A DNA stretch of 63,997 nt, filler included, from Streblomastix strix (Eukaryota), in the NCBI GenBank assembly GCA_008636045.1. It is 4 parts of 4 records of this genome, joined end to end, with 100 filler letters (N's around TTAATTAATTAA, not from the genome) between each part and the next. Parts side by side here need not be neighbours in the genome. Positions count along the whole stretch, not along the records: positions 1 to 16,217 come from SNRW01000856.1; positions 16,318 to 32,531 come from SNRW01000857.1; 2 more parts are not named here. One strand, written 5' to 3'. The notes beneath the pieces were generated by a model. It searched no databases. It had not been told where the DNA came from and worked only from the letters and a program-made list of their open reading frames with translations. This document shows, one piece after another, positions 13,177 through 27,500 of this stretch (position 1 is its first letter; every line of letters starts with the position of its first letter). Position numbers and translations under genes: made by a program.

Positions 13177-16100
13177 TCAGAATGGTACCAAATCATTCAT
13201 TGATTCTCCAGTGATTAGTTCTTTTGCTCGATCAGCAGCTTCAATTAGATCATCCATAAGTGATGGAGGATCGCTTTCATACTACTATGCCACTAGTATT
13301 AATTAAATATATGTTTAAAATTTATTTAAAATGATGAAATAAACCAAAAGCACACCATCATAAAGTGTACCAAGTACTTCTGAAGATCGCAATATGTGTA
13401 GAGTTTGTGGTTGAACAGTTGCGTTTGATCTTTATTCATATAAATTTTCAATTAATTATAATAGAAAAAGTAAAGCAAAACGAAAATTGTAGACCTGATA
13501 TTTACTAAACATCTACAAACAAATGTTGATAGTGTCAGATCCATAAGCCCAAAATCTGTAATTATTCTGAGAAGTCTACAAAATATGTTAAAAAATCAAA
13601 AGTTGTTTTGGTTTAATATTATCTCATATATATAAAACCTCATAATAACTGATTCGTCATCAGCTTCTTCTTCATCATTGGCATCCAATCCTTTGCTCTT
13701 TACTCCCTACCAAGTCATAAGGGCATCAGCAATTGTTGTATCTTCAGCTAGATTCAAGAGTCCTCCAACTACAGGTGCCAATACTTATGGATCACTGTGA
13801 CCAAGAAGAACTGCATATAATTCATATGCTTTATTGAGATTTTAAAAAAATATGGGAATAAAAAAAGAATTGAATATTAATTGTTGACATATATTGATAT
13901 GTTGTAATGTCAAACCTTTCTTTTCAAGCATGAATTTTCTAACACATGGTAACCTGGTTAAGCTCCCCATTGCACGAGCAGATTCAGAAATCATCTCCTG
14001 ATTACTGTGATATGAAAGTGTGTCACACAGAACACGAACTGCTCTTACACATAAGCATTATGAGTGATCAATACTTGCCAATTCAGATTCATGTGCAACT
14101 GTAATTTCATTTGATATATTAGCGAGCATGCCAACTGTATTAAGAAGTAATTCTTCCTCTTCCAAAGTTAATCCACTTCCAGTATAATTATTAGAAAGAT
14201 TATTTTATGATGAAGATTTATTGAGAGTTGCAGTGAGTGTATTTTCAAGTGTGTTGTGTGTTGCAGATGATGACATGGCTGATCTGTAATTCTCAGCAAG
14301 AGATTCCAACATATCAATTATGCATTTGACAATATCGCCTGGCTAACCATCTTTCTATTTATCAACTTTATTAGACTTATTATATGAGAACAATTCAATC
14401 CTATTTTGTGGTTCTACACATAAATTTGCAATTGCACTAACACATTTGGTTAATTCATCATAAGCAGAAAGGACAATTGTTGAAGAAGGTAAAATATTCT
14501 ATGAATTACTTCCTACCATTGATCCCTGACTTTTCTTCTTTCCTCCTGAAGTTGGTCTGCTTGGTGAAGAAGGACGAGGAAGGATCTATTTTGTTGTCTG
14601 TCCCACAATATGAGGTGGTGTGCTTAGTTTATTTGTAGTTGATGAGGATGTATTTGTATTTCCATTTGGACCAAGTACAACAATCTTATCCCAGGCATTG
14701 AGAAGTAATTTAGACAAAACAGGAATTATTCCACATTCTCCCCATGAACGTCTGTATGCATCAGTTGTTGTATATTAATTAATCTATCCATTCATGTTAC
14801 TCACAGCAAAGAGAATCCTCACAAGAGTGGCTCCATGAACATATGATGGTAATTAAGATGAAGAAGAGGATTTAATAACTGTGTTTCTCTCACCTCGTGG
14901 AGATGAATGTCTTATTTCTGATCCTGAACTCTATTCTCCTCTTCCTGTTATTGTTGCTGCTTTTCTGAGAATTTACATTATACAATTCTAATGAATACGT
15001 TTAGGCTTCATTTTCTCATCTTTCTCATCATGAATTTATTATTATTTGGATGTTTTTTGTATTTACTGTGGTTTTTCTGTATCTTTTTTTCTAAGACTTC
15101 TATTTACTGCTTCCAATTTGTCCTTTTCTTCATTTTTTTCATCTCTTTCATTATTCATTTCAATTACAAAACCAAAATATTCATTTTCTTCACTTTAGAG
15201 CAAAGATAGACATTCTGGAATAAGTGAAATCTTACTCAATATTCGTGAAATATTGAATATAACTTCTTCATCATCAGATTATTTAAGAAGTGAATGTAGG
15301 AATATAGAAAGCAATAAAAATCTTTTGTCTTATTTATTAAATCCATCATTAGTTGCATTCTATTACTATGATCTATCTCCATTTGAATAAGATGGAGAAG
15401 TCTGAAGCTTCTATTAAGATGAAGATGAACTTCCAGATATATTTAATCTTGGTGGTGAATAAGAAGATTAATTTGAATCTGAAAGTAATACCTCCGATTA
15501 AGATGAAGGTAAAGGAGTGTCTATAGAGCCACAAATATTACGAAGAAAGGCTGTAACCTGAATAAGGAAGTTAATAAACATATCAGGATTCTTTGCTAAT
15601 GACTCTTTCATTCCTGCAGACATCTACTTCTATAGTTCAGTACCATCATCAATGATTATTTCTTTTTTGCTTTGTGTTGCATAATAATATGGATTAATAA
15701 CTTATTAGAAAAGAGTGCATATTGTATCTATAGCTCCTGAATGAACCAAAAAAACTTGATTTGTTTCTGCAGAAGCTGTGACATTCTTCAAAATACCAAC
15801 AACATATACAAATACTTCAAAACGAGATGGTGCAGGCATATTAAGTATAGATAATAAAGGTATTAATAACTTCTCTTCATGGAATAATAGATCATTAATA
15901 GCAGATTTAGATAGAGTGAATAATGCTCTGCATGTTTCCATAAGAACAGGAGGAGGAGGATGAGATGTAATTATTATATGAGAAGCACGAAGAATAATCC
16001 TTCCACATTCTTATATTGATAATATAGGAGGTAGTAAACTAGATTATGAAGTAGATCCTGTTTTAGTTTATTCAGAGGATTGTTGTAGTTGAAGAGCTTT

Positions 16101-16217
16101 TTATTAGTTTTGAATGTTTATTGTCAGAATTGGTGAGATATGAGGACCAATCAATGAAAAGGGGAAACATCCTGTATTCTTAAACATTACATCTCTCACT
16201 TTATGTAATGCTTCTAA
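13177..16217 (-). CDS. ARMC2: Armadillo repeat protein, ARMC2-like (5'-partial, several introns)
   Basis: METCRALFTLSK..NDLLF, VYVVGILKNV, LIQVTAFLRN, FNISRILSKIS, EEELLLNTVGMLANIS, ESARAMGSLT and LLGHSDPQVLAPVVGLLNLA follow the ARMC2 motif order. TGA at 13177-13179. Confidence 0.75.
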
Positions 16218-16317
16218 NNNNNNNNNNNNNNNNNNNNNNNNNNNNNNNNNNNNNNNNNNNNTTAATTAATTAANNNNNNNNNNNNNNNNNNNNNNNNNNN
16301 NNNNNNNNNNNNNNNNN
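16218..16317. other. Artificial contig linker N44-TTAATTAATTAA-N44
   Basis: 100-nt spacer; the genes on both sides are truncated at it. Confidence 0.97.
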
Positions 16318-19300
16318 ATGTTGATGGATGTAGAATCTGATAAAATTGATGGTAAAAGTGATTAAAATGATATTGATGATACTTTTGGAGAACTTCCAGA
16401 CATTTCTGGAGCATTAAATGCCCTATAATTTTAATAAGAAGAAGGTTAATATATTTTTTTCATTATATATAATTAAGAGAAATTTTCTCATTGTATTTAT
16501 ACTTATTTTAATTTTGTTGTATCATTAGATGCTAAGAATAAAGTTATTGAAGAGACATAATCTGTTGTTGATGTTTTATTGGAGGAGGAAAAGAGAAACA
16601 AAGAAGACAGAAAAAAGATGGTTTAAAAATAGTTTAAATGTTAAATTCAATTTATATAATTGTAATATATTAATATATATTAATATATGTTAATATTTCA
16701 TTTTCATCCTTAGATTGGATTTGTTCGAGGGGAGAAAGAATTCCCAGATGAAGTTGATGTTCCTTTAGATACATCAGCGAGAGAGAGATTTTCAAAGTTT
16801 GATTTTAAGATATATATATATATATAAATCATTTTTATTTATTCATTAATTTTCAGATATAGGGGTATGCGATCATTCTAATCTTCACCGTGGGATACAA
16901 AGGTTTGAATGCAAAGATATTCATATTACTTTATTATATTCTCTATATTTATATTCTCTATGTTTATATTCTCTATGTTTATATTCTCTATGTTTATATT
17001 CTCTATGTTTATATTCTCTATGTTTATATTCTCTATGTTTATATTCTCTATGTTTATATTCTCTATGTTTATATNNNNNNNNNNNNNNNNNNNNNNNNNN
17101 NNNNNNNNNNNNNNNNNNNNNNNNNNNNNNNNNNNNNNNNNNNNNNNNNNNNNNNNNNNNNNNNNNNNNNNNNNTATATTCTCTATGTTTATATTCTCTA
17201 TGTTTATATTCTCTATGTTTATATTCTCTATGTTTATATTCTCTATGTTTATATTCTCTATGTTTATATTCTCTATGTTTATATTCTCTATGTTTATATT
17301 CTCTATGTTTATATTCATTCTTTCACATTATAGGAGAATTTACCACCAGAGTACAGTCGTATATTTGCCTTTGCCAGTTCTGGATAGACATCCAGAGCAT
17401 CATTGAAGGAGAGTGATATTTGGGTTAGAGAAAATGAAAGACAGAAGATTCCAGAGAATATTGAAGATAAATAAAATGATAAAGAGTAAGAAGGAGATAA
17501 GTAGAGTTATTCAATGGAAAAATAAATTGATCATTAATTAGATAAAGAGAATAAATAATCTTTTCCACTTCATGATTAATTACATCCACATAAACGTCCA
17601 TTTCCTTTCTAACCCGGAGACATAGTAACAATTACTTTGAAAGACATGCCAGTATCTACAGCACAATAAATAATGAATCACTTCTTTCCTTAATAATAAT
17701 AATAGCAAATATAATAATAAGAGCTCATTCCTTAACCATTATTACAGACACAAACATTTCCATCTCCTTTATTCAATTCTAATAATTCATTATCTCAAAT
17801 CCCCATTTCCTCTTCATTATCCTAATATTCTCAATCTTCATTATATTCACCTCATCCACTTGTCATATTTGGTCTTTTACGACATGAACATAAGGTCTCC
17901 GTTCTTCACTTCGCACTCACACTTAATCCATCCATATACACACACAATAATGAACTAATTGAAGAATAGAAAAAGAAAGGAGTAATAAATTCAATGATTG
18001 AATAAGAAAATAAAAATATTAATTCTTCATATACAAATTCAATTTCTTTATTACATCCAATTCCTCCTTTATAATCTAAGGTTGATTTGAATTTTAAATT
18101 TATGATTTTTTAAAATATTACTAATTTTATTTTTAATTTCAATCCTTAATATTACATTTTCAGTCTCAGCTTCTTATATAGGTCGGTTTTCGGCGTTTAA
18201 AATGTCGCCCAATTTTCTCAACTATATCAACACGTTCGTAGACATCAACAACAACAATATAGACTTAATAAAATTAATCATCTTCATCATCTTCTACGGA
18301 AAATACTCTATCAACCTCAGTTATTAAAACAACAAGTTCAAAAGGAAAATATATGAAGGTATATATTTGATATTAATCTTTACATTTGTAAATATTTCAT
18401 TGTTTTTATATTTTTTATGTTTTATTTATTGAAATTATTATTTAGGAAGTTAATTTTGGTTTAAATACTCTCGTTATTGCAAGCACATATGCTCCAATTA
18501 CATTTGGTAAAGTACCCGTCCTTATGTTTAGAAATGAAGAATAAAACACACCATTCAATCTTTAAGGCGATTAACGATAATAAGAAATACTAGAAGAAAG
18601 AAAATTAGGAAAAGACTAAAATCCATTTGCCATTCAGAAATAGACATCTTTTATGTCTTCATTTTCTCAATCTTAATTTGGATAACTTCGTTTACCATTT
18701 ACTTAATCTCTTATTCCTTCATAACCGTAGTTATCTTCAAATCCTCATTAATTAACTCTAACTCAATAGATTCCTACAACTTTATCATTATCACTTCCAT
18801 CTTTTCCTCTTCTTGTAGCTAATGGATCAACATATTCCATTGATCCCGATAGATTAATAATCAAACGTATTATTCTCACTGGTTTGATTGATATTTTATT
18901 TATTACTTATCTCATTAAATTTCTTCTTATTATCAACTAGGATACCCTGTAAAAATACATAAGGGGACTTCTGCTATCATCCGATATATGTTCTTCTCTC
19001 CAGGTTTTGAAAAAAAATTTATCATTTTACTTTATTATTTAAAATTATTATATGCTCATTATTAATCATTTTTCATTGTTGTTATTTAATTATCACAAAG
19101 ACGACATTAACTGGTTCAAACCTGTTGATCTGTGGACAAAGAAGGGGAAACTCGGACGTATTAAAGAGCCACTCGGTACACATGGATATTTCAAGGTTCT
19201 GATGAATCATTTATTTCATTTCTTTATTAATTTGTCTATTAAAAAATATTCAGGCAATATTCAGTGGTCGTTTGGATCAGGCTGAAACAGTCTGCATGTC

Positions 19301-19337
19301 ACTTTACAAAAGAGTCTTTCCATAATGGAACTTCTGA
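16318..19337 (+). CDS. TSR1: Pre-rRNA processing protein TSR1 (5'-partial, multi-intron)
   Basis: EFPDEVDVPLDTSARERFSKYRGMRSFQSSPWDTKENLPPEYSRIF, GLLRHEHKVSVLHF and DINWFKPVDLWTKKGKLGRIKEPLGTHGYFK...VCMSLYKRVFP. TGA at 19335-19337. Confidence 0.95.
16935..17316 (+). repeat. Intronic 15-bp minisatellite (ATATTCTCTATGTTT)n spanning a 100-N gap
   Basis: Near-perfect tandem units inside a TSR1 intron. Confidence 0.97.
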
Positions 19338-19606
19338 ATAATAAATTAATCAATATGAGTGAAACATTTGTTGTTAATATATTTATTTATACATTTAAAT
19401 TATTTAACGATTAATATGAAATATAGCACGGTAATTATGACAATTTAGACAGTAAATTTATGTGAATTGACATGTGATTGATGAATTTTGATAATAAAAT
19501 GTTAATATTTATTCAAAGAATAAATAATAATTAAGATAAAATTAAATTAAAAATAAAATTATTAATTTTACATTCTAATATATACAACTGAGGAATCATT
19601 TTGAAG

Positions 19607-22600
19607 TCAATTTCCAGATGATGCAAGAATTGGGTTTCCCAAACTACTTGGGTTGAAGAAACCCATCTAATTTCCCATAATTCCAAGGCTTCCTTATTAA
19701 GATTGTATATATTGTTACATGGATATGTTAACTGGATCGATAATATTCATTTGATTTTAGTTCTATTAGTCGATATTCATCCCAGATATATTCTGAAGGG
19801 CTTAAATATTATTAATCTATGATAGATTTCCATTATTCTATTAATTTTATTATTGAATATCTTATCCATCATTACTTTTATTTATAACAGATGTGAGTAT
19901 TCCATTTGATATCTCGTGAATACTTTATTTAATCCTTTCAACAGTCTCATCATAATACATTTTTTCAGTCATGCTTACATCTTAACTTGAATCCATGAAT
20001 TGTCTGACTGAAGGCATCTCTTCAAAAGCATCAAGGTTAATCTGGAGGTCAAGAAGACTCTAACCAACTTTCTCTCCCATAAACAGAGCAAACTCACAAT
20101 CTATAGTTTTTAAATGCACATTTTGAAGTGTAGAGAAGAATGTAAGGCAATCTTCTGATGTTGGAAGTTCGACTATTGTTTTTGATAAATTAACTTTCTC
20201 ACCTCCGCTTTCCTATATTGCTTTCTTTTTTATTTCCTATTCAACTTTAATTAAGTTTATTTCATCCTCAAACTATTTGAAGCACTTTAATACCTCTTCG
20301 TGGAATTTCATCAGTTTACGCATTATTTATACATGATCTGACTTATGCTGATCAGCAGAAACAGAAGGAAGACCAAGTTTATTCATCAACATCTCTTCAT
20401 CTGAACAATGAGTACTCATACGCCAGACAAGAACATCGAGCATTAATTGGAGTATTGAACTACTTGCAATTATTACATCATCTTTTTCACTATCATTGTG
20501 CTCTTTTTCTTTTCTACGCTTAATGCATTTATCACGTTCATCTGTGATTGCTTTTCCTACTATTGTCATTGTTTCATAGAGTTACTTATGAGCAGCATCC
20601 ATACGATTTACTGTTGTAGCAAGTTCTTCATCAAATACAACCTAATCAATGCTTTTACCTTTTTAAACTGTCTATGTAATGATATTTATCCACTGTGTCT
20701 AGGAAGATACTTCTCTAAGTTATTGAGGGAGAGGAATGAAAAATATAAAAGATAATATTAAGATAATAACACTAAGTGCTATGAACAGAACTAGTAGTAT
20801 AGTAGAGTATTAGCTTGAGAATTTATCCAAATTATCCATAAGGTAATCTCCAATCTAATTCAGACCATAAAGAATATCATTGCGAGCACTTTCAATGATA
20901 AATGAGAAATCAGTGTCGTTGAAGGGAATATTATCCACAATCTCAGGATTGCGAGTCATTAAATCTTCAATGCTCTGCTAAAAACGGTCAAGAAGACTTT
21001 CAAGGCCGTTAAAAGGATAAGTAATTCCAGGCATGCGGTTCTAATCTAAACATCTCTCTGCACCTGTTTAAGCTTTTGATATTGAACTTTCTGGAAAGTC
21101 CTATTATATAAATTAATTGTAATTATAATAATTATATTAATAATAATAATAATAATAAATATGTATACAATATCTGAAGGAAGTAAACATGATGTTTCTT
21201 CATTCATAATTGTATCAATGAATGAGTCCTTTCCCTAAACACGTTTGCATTTAGTACTATCAAACAAAGCGTCTCCAATATTATCAGCTTATTTACTACC
21301 ATATTGAAATTTAGAATTTTAACTTGCAAAGACTTAATTGAGACTGCGAATAGAAGGTCTTAATTCATCAACATCTGTTCCAAAAATATTACTTCCAAAT
21401 ACTTTTGAATAAACAGAAGTAGGAGTAATGACTAAACTATCATTTGTTACATGATATGTGGTATCAGAAACATAAATAGTGCAGAATGCAGAAAGTCTGA
21501 TAACATTGATTACTCGTATTTCGTTCATCGCAATCTGACCAGCTCGCCAAACAAGCTAATCCATCGCATATACAGCAACAATGAAGAAAGGAGATATGAT
21601 AATGATTATTAATAATGTTCCTAAGATCAATTGAACAATAACTCGCATTGGAATAATACCAGTAATGCTACTCAATTTCTTTTCTACATCTTCTGATCTT
21701 TGTTATGCCAAGTGTTACTTCTCTTCTTCTTCTTCATTAATATTCTCTCCATCCAAATCTTTATTTGCATTTCCTGTTTCTAATACATTTGGTTATGTTT
21801 ATTCAACTCTTTATCCTTCTATGTTACCATAACCTATTTAATCTTCTTACTTCTCAATTTATTTGGCTCGTTCCTGTTTAATATTCATTTGCTATATATC
21901 GGATCTTCCTGGTTACTAAGTGGATATCTTCCCTAATTCTTCAACTTATTCTTCAGTTTTAACAATGTTTATTGATTTTGATGTATCTATTCGTCCAAAT
22001 TTTAGTAGAATATCTTTTTTCTTATCTGTTTCCAGAGGTATTATTTTCGTAGATTGAATGATTATTTCATTGCTTTTTTCCTATTAAAGTTAAACATTTT
22101 ATTATTGATTTGGTACTTTTGGAGGTTTGTCCAATGAAGTTTATGACTAACCAGCTTAACCCTTATTTTTAATTGATTTTAATTTAAATTTGGAAGTCGA
22201 TGTATTTGGTTAAATTTTTTATAATTTGCTTAAAAATGCTGAGGACGAATTCGTTAACTATTGTTTTTATTATTATAAAGGCGAAATATTATTTTAATTG
22301 TCATTTGATTTATTTTTGTTATGTTATTATGCATTAACAGGGCTATTTGACTTAATAATATTTCTATCTGATGTTTATGGACTATTATCACTGCTTCTAA
22401 TATAGCTCATCTCAGATTACTGATTATCTATGGATAATAATTCCTGAAATTTGGATCTGTGTGTTTCTTATTACTATGAATTTTAATCAGAAATATCAGA
22501 TTCTCCTTTCCCTTATTTTTTCTCTTAAACTGGAATACTCTAATCATCCATGTTCTCCAGAAGATTATACATAATTTAAGCATCTTCTGCGGTAACAGCA

Positions 22601-24572
22601 CAAATATCTCGCATTTTCTGCTTACGATCTGATGAAACGCGATGAATTTGAATCAACATCGGAATCAATAGTCCAATTAAGAGTGCAAGTATTCCAATAG
22701 CCAAACAGATTAATACAGTCATTGTCCCTGATTATGAATATTTCTATACATCTTCATTTGCTATTATACTAATGCGCTTCATTGTCTCAACACCTAAATA
22801 GGGAATATTAAATACAAGAGGTGCAAGGTGCCTTTTCATATCAACAAATTATGTTCTATTAGTGTCCGGATTTAAATCTCCAATATTAGCAAAGTCTGCA
22901 ACCATCTATACAATGCTATCTTCAGCCCAACTCATAAACCTTGGTAGATTCTATAAATAGACAGAAGATTCAATTATATTCGTATAGTTGGTACTTGGTA
23001 CTGTTACATTGAGTACAAGTTAATTCCATTCAATATCGACCACCTTCCAGACATCTTTCTAAAAACCCCATTTATAGAGTTGATAAAATTCATCATTTAA
23101 TTCATATAGTGTCTTATTTAGTGTAGAAAATCCAGAGTCATATATACTTTTATATGAATTAACCTCTGCAGCTGAATTTCTATCAACGTTGAGTATTCTA
23201 AGCATTGTATATGTTGAAAATTCTAAAGCAGTACACATCTTCTCAGCTACATTAATTGATTATCGCAATGCTTTAGCAGCATTGACTGCTTTAGTGAAGT
23301 CAGAGTTTATAAATATATATGAGAATACAAAAAGGAATATTACAATTAAGAGTGATATGTACAGAAGAATTAGAATAACATTCATAATTGTCTCATTTCT
23401 AGAATCAATAGATTCTTATGATCCTGTCATTCCTCCATTCTTACTTGATACTCCACTTCCAATCCTTAAATTAGCATGTTTACTAACTTTATGAGAACGA
23501 ATATCACCCATTCCTTAAATTGAATCTCTTCCTTCTTTATTTTCATCAATATCCATTTAAGATAACCAATGATTCTCTACTTATGAAATGGATTATGTTC
23601 CTTAACTGCGATTTTGTACTCCTTTTATTAAACGAGCATTATTATGAGCATTGATTGCTTATTCCTCTTTTATTTATTCTTATTCCATTAATTCTGCCTC
23701 TTCCAACATATCATTGGCTGTTTTGGAATCTGTATATATCTGACGTATAAGCTATGAATATTATCTAAGCACATTTGGATTATCTGAGAATGTTTATAGC
23801 AGTTCTTGATATATATTCTGTGCCTACATAGAGTGAAATGCAGCTTAACATCCATGAAACATTGCACGATCAACGTCAACTGTTCTACGAGAAAGGAGAG
23901 TCCAAAGACGCATCAAATGAGCTTTTGCAAAGTCAAATGATTTCTGAGCTTATATAAGTTAGATACGAAGGTTGTGTGTCTTTGTATCTTGCAAAGAGAT
24001 TGATCCACTTTGAATCCCACCTTATCCTCCTAATTAATTATTTGATCCAATTGATCCTTCTTCTATTCCTCTTAACGCTCTGAATATAATCCATCGATTT
24101 GTCCATCCAGGAAATAATTCAGCAGCTCGTTACATGTGTTATATAATCTTAATTGGTTAAGGTCTGAAGTTCTCAAGGAATATTGCAACAGACACATTGA
24201 GTTCTGCAGACTGTTGCATATCATTCTTCCTCAGAGCTCCCATCATAATAACATTCACAAATGTAACTATCTTCACTTGCATAGAAACTTCTTCTAAAGT
24301 CATAAATCTCATAATCTTCTCTAACTGAGATGGAGTTTCAATTGATTTAAGAACCTATCTGACAACAGGAGGAGTAGCAAGAAGAGGAGACGAGGTCCAT
24401 TATATATTTGGATGTGATGAATATATTACTCCTTCAGTCGGACGATCAACAATAACTAAATTAATTTTCTTTGGAGGTATACTAGTTTTCATTCCAATTG
24501 CAGCTTTTACAGCCAGAGATTTATTTTTTATTTATGAGATTGGAGATGGAACTTTGGTTAAACTTGTTCTTG
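19607..24572 (-). CDS. TmcB/TmcC-like multi-pass membrane protein with C-terminal hemerythrin-like domain (5'-truncated)
   Basis: TPR-like AQNIYQELLQTFSDNPNVLRQYSQLIRQIY..ANDMLEEAE, two TM pairs flanking extracellular loops, a Q-rich linker, then H / HxxxE / HxxxH / HxxxxD motifs. The frame continues through the 296-bp spacer. One intron. Confidence 0.75.
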
Positions 24573-27500
24573 GTGAAGATAGTTACATTTGTGAATGTTA
24601 TTATGATGGGAGCTCTGAGGAAGAATGATATGCAACAGTCTGCAGAACTCAATGTGTCTGTTGCAATATTCCTTGAGAACTTCAGACCTTAACCAATTAA
24701 GATTATATAACACATGTAACGAGCTGCTGAATTATTTCCTGGATGGACAAATCGATGGATTATATTCAGAGCGTTAAGAGGAATAGAAGAAGGATCAATT
24801 GGATCAAATAATTAATTAGGAGGATAAGGTGGGATTCAAAGTGGATCAATCTCTTTGCAAGATACAAAGACACACAACCTTCGTATCTAACTTATATAAG
24901 CTCAGAAATCATTTGACTTTGCAAAAGCTCATTTGATGCGTCTTTGGACTCTCCTTTCTCGTAGAACAGTTGACGTTGATCGTGCAATGTTTCATGGATG
25001 TTAAGCTGCATTTCACTCTATGTAGGCACAGAATATATATCAAGAACTGCTATAAACATTCTCAGATAATCCAAATGTGCTTAGATAATATTCATAGCTT
25101 ATACGTCAGATATATACAGATTCCAAAACAGCCAATGATATGTTGGAAGAGGCAGAATTAATGGAATAAGAATAAATAAAAGAGGAATAAGCAATCAATG
25201 CTCATAATAATGCTCGTTTAATAAAAGGAGTACAAAATCGCAGTTAAGGAACATAATCCATTTCATAAGTAGAGAATCATTGGTTATCTTAAATGGATAT
25301 TGATGAAAATAAAGAAGGAAGAGATTCAATTTAAGGAATGGGTGATATTCGTTCTCATAAAGTTAGTAAACATGCTAATTTAAGGATTGGAAGTGGAGTA
25401 TCAAGTAAGAATGGAGGAATGACAGGATCATAAGAATCTATTGATTCTAGAAATGAGACAATTATGAATGTTATTCTAATTCTTCTGTACATATCACTCT
25501 TAATTGTAATATTCCTTTTTGTATTCTCATATATATTTATAAACTCTGACTTCACTAAAGCAGTCAATGCTGCTAAAGCATTGCGATAATCAATTAATGT
25601 AGCTGAGAAGATGTGTACTGCTTTAGAATTTTCAACATATACAATGCTTAGAATACTCAACGTTGATAGAAATTCAGCTGCAGAGGTTAATTCATATAAA
25701 AGTATATATGACTCTGGATTTTCTACACTAAATAAGACACTATATGAATTAAATGATGAATTTTATCAACTCTATAAATGGGGTTTTTAGAAAGATGTCT
25801 GGAAGGTGGTCGATATTGAATGGAATTAACTTGTACTCAATGTAACAGTACCAAGTACCAACTATACGAATATAATTGAATCTTCTGTCTATTTATAGAA
25901 TCTACCAAGGTTTATGAGTTGGGCTGAAGATAGCATTGTATAGATGGTTGCAGACTTTGCTAATATTGGAGATTTAAATCCGGACACTAATAGAACATAA
26001 TTTGTTGATATGAAAAGGCACCTTGCACCTCTTGTATTTAATATTCCCTATTTAGGTGTTGAGACAATGAAGCGCATTAGTATAATAGCAAATGAAGATG
26101 TATAGAAATATTCATAATCAGGGACAATGACTGTATTAATCTGTTTGGCTATTGGAATACTTGCACTCTTAATTGGACTATTGATTCCGATGTTGATTCA
26201 AATTCATCGCGTTTCATCAGATCGTAAGCAGAAAATGCGAGATATTTGTGCTGTTACCGCAGAAGATGCTTAAATTATGTATAATCTTCTGGAGAACATG
26301 GATGATTAGAGTATTCCAGTTTAAGAGAAAAAATAAGGGAAAGGAGAATCTGATATTTCTGATTAAAATTCATAGTAATAAGAAACACACAGATCCAAAT
26401 TTCAGGAATTATTATCCATAGATAATCAGTAATCTGAGATGAGCTATATTAGAAGCAGTGATAATAGTCCATAAACATCAGATAGAAATATTATTAAGTC
26501 AAATAGCCCTGTTAATGCATAATAACATAACAAAAATAAATCAAATGACAATTAAAATAATATTTCGCCTTTATAATAATAAAAACAATAGTTAACGAAT
26601 TCGTCCTCAGCATTTTTAAGCAAATTATAAAAAATTTAACCAAATACATCGACTTCCAAATTTAAATTAAAATCAATTAAAAATAAGGGTTAAGCTGGTT
26701 AGTCATAAACTTCATTGGACAAACCTCCAAAAGTACCAAATCAATAATAAAATGTTTAACTTTAATAGGAAAAAAGCAATGAAATAATCATTCAATCTAC
26801 GAAAATAATACCTCTGGAAACAGATAAGAAAAAAGATATTCTACTAAAATTTGGACGAATAGATACATCAAAATCAATAAACATTGTTAAAACTGAAGAA
26901 TAAGTTGAAGAATTAGGGAAGATATCCACTTAGTAACCAGGAAGATCCGATATATAGCAAATGAATATTAAACAGGAACGAGCCAAATAAATTGAGAAGT
27001 AAGAAGATTAAATAGGTTATGGTAACATAGAAGGATAAAGAGTTGAATAAACATAACCAAATGTATTAGAAACAGGAAATGCAAATAAAGATTTGGATGG
27101 AGAGAATATTAATGAAGAAGAAGAAGAGAAGTAACACTTGGCATAACAAAGATCAGAAGATGTAGAAAAGAAATTGAGTAGCATTACTGGTATTATTCCA
27201 ATGCGAGTTATTGTTCAATTGATCTTAGGAACATTATTAATAATCATTATCATATCTCCTTTCTTCATTGTTGCTGTATATGCGATGGATTAGCTTGTTT
27301 GGCGAGCTGGTCAGATTGCGATGAACGAAATACGAGTAATCAATGTTATCAGACTTTCTGCATTCTGCACTATTTATGTTTCTGATACCACATATCATGT
27401 AACAAATGATAGTTTAGTCATTACTCCTACTTCTGTTTATTCAAAAGTATTTGGAAGTAATATTTTTGGAACAGATGTTGATGAATTAAGACCTTCTATT

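Noticed and set aside
16262..16273. TTAATTAATTAA palindrome as a biological site (also at 32576 and 48887)
   Set aside because: Identical N-padded concatenation linker. Contig lengths 16217, 16214 and 16211 show size sorting, so cross-linker gene neighbourhoods are meaningless.
16935..17316. Possible CRISPR array or telomeric repeat
   Set aside because: Head-to-tail repeat with no spacers, located inside a TSR1 intron.
16890..17406. ORFs with YILYV / IFSMF / NINIE repeats (and mirror copies at 31443-31959)
   Set aside because: Translations of an intronic 15-bp minisatellite across an N gap.
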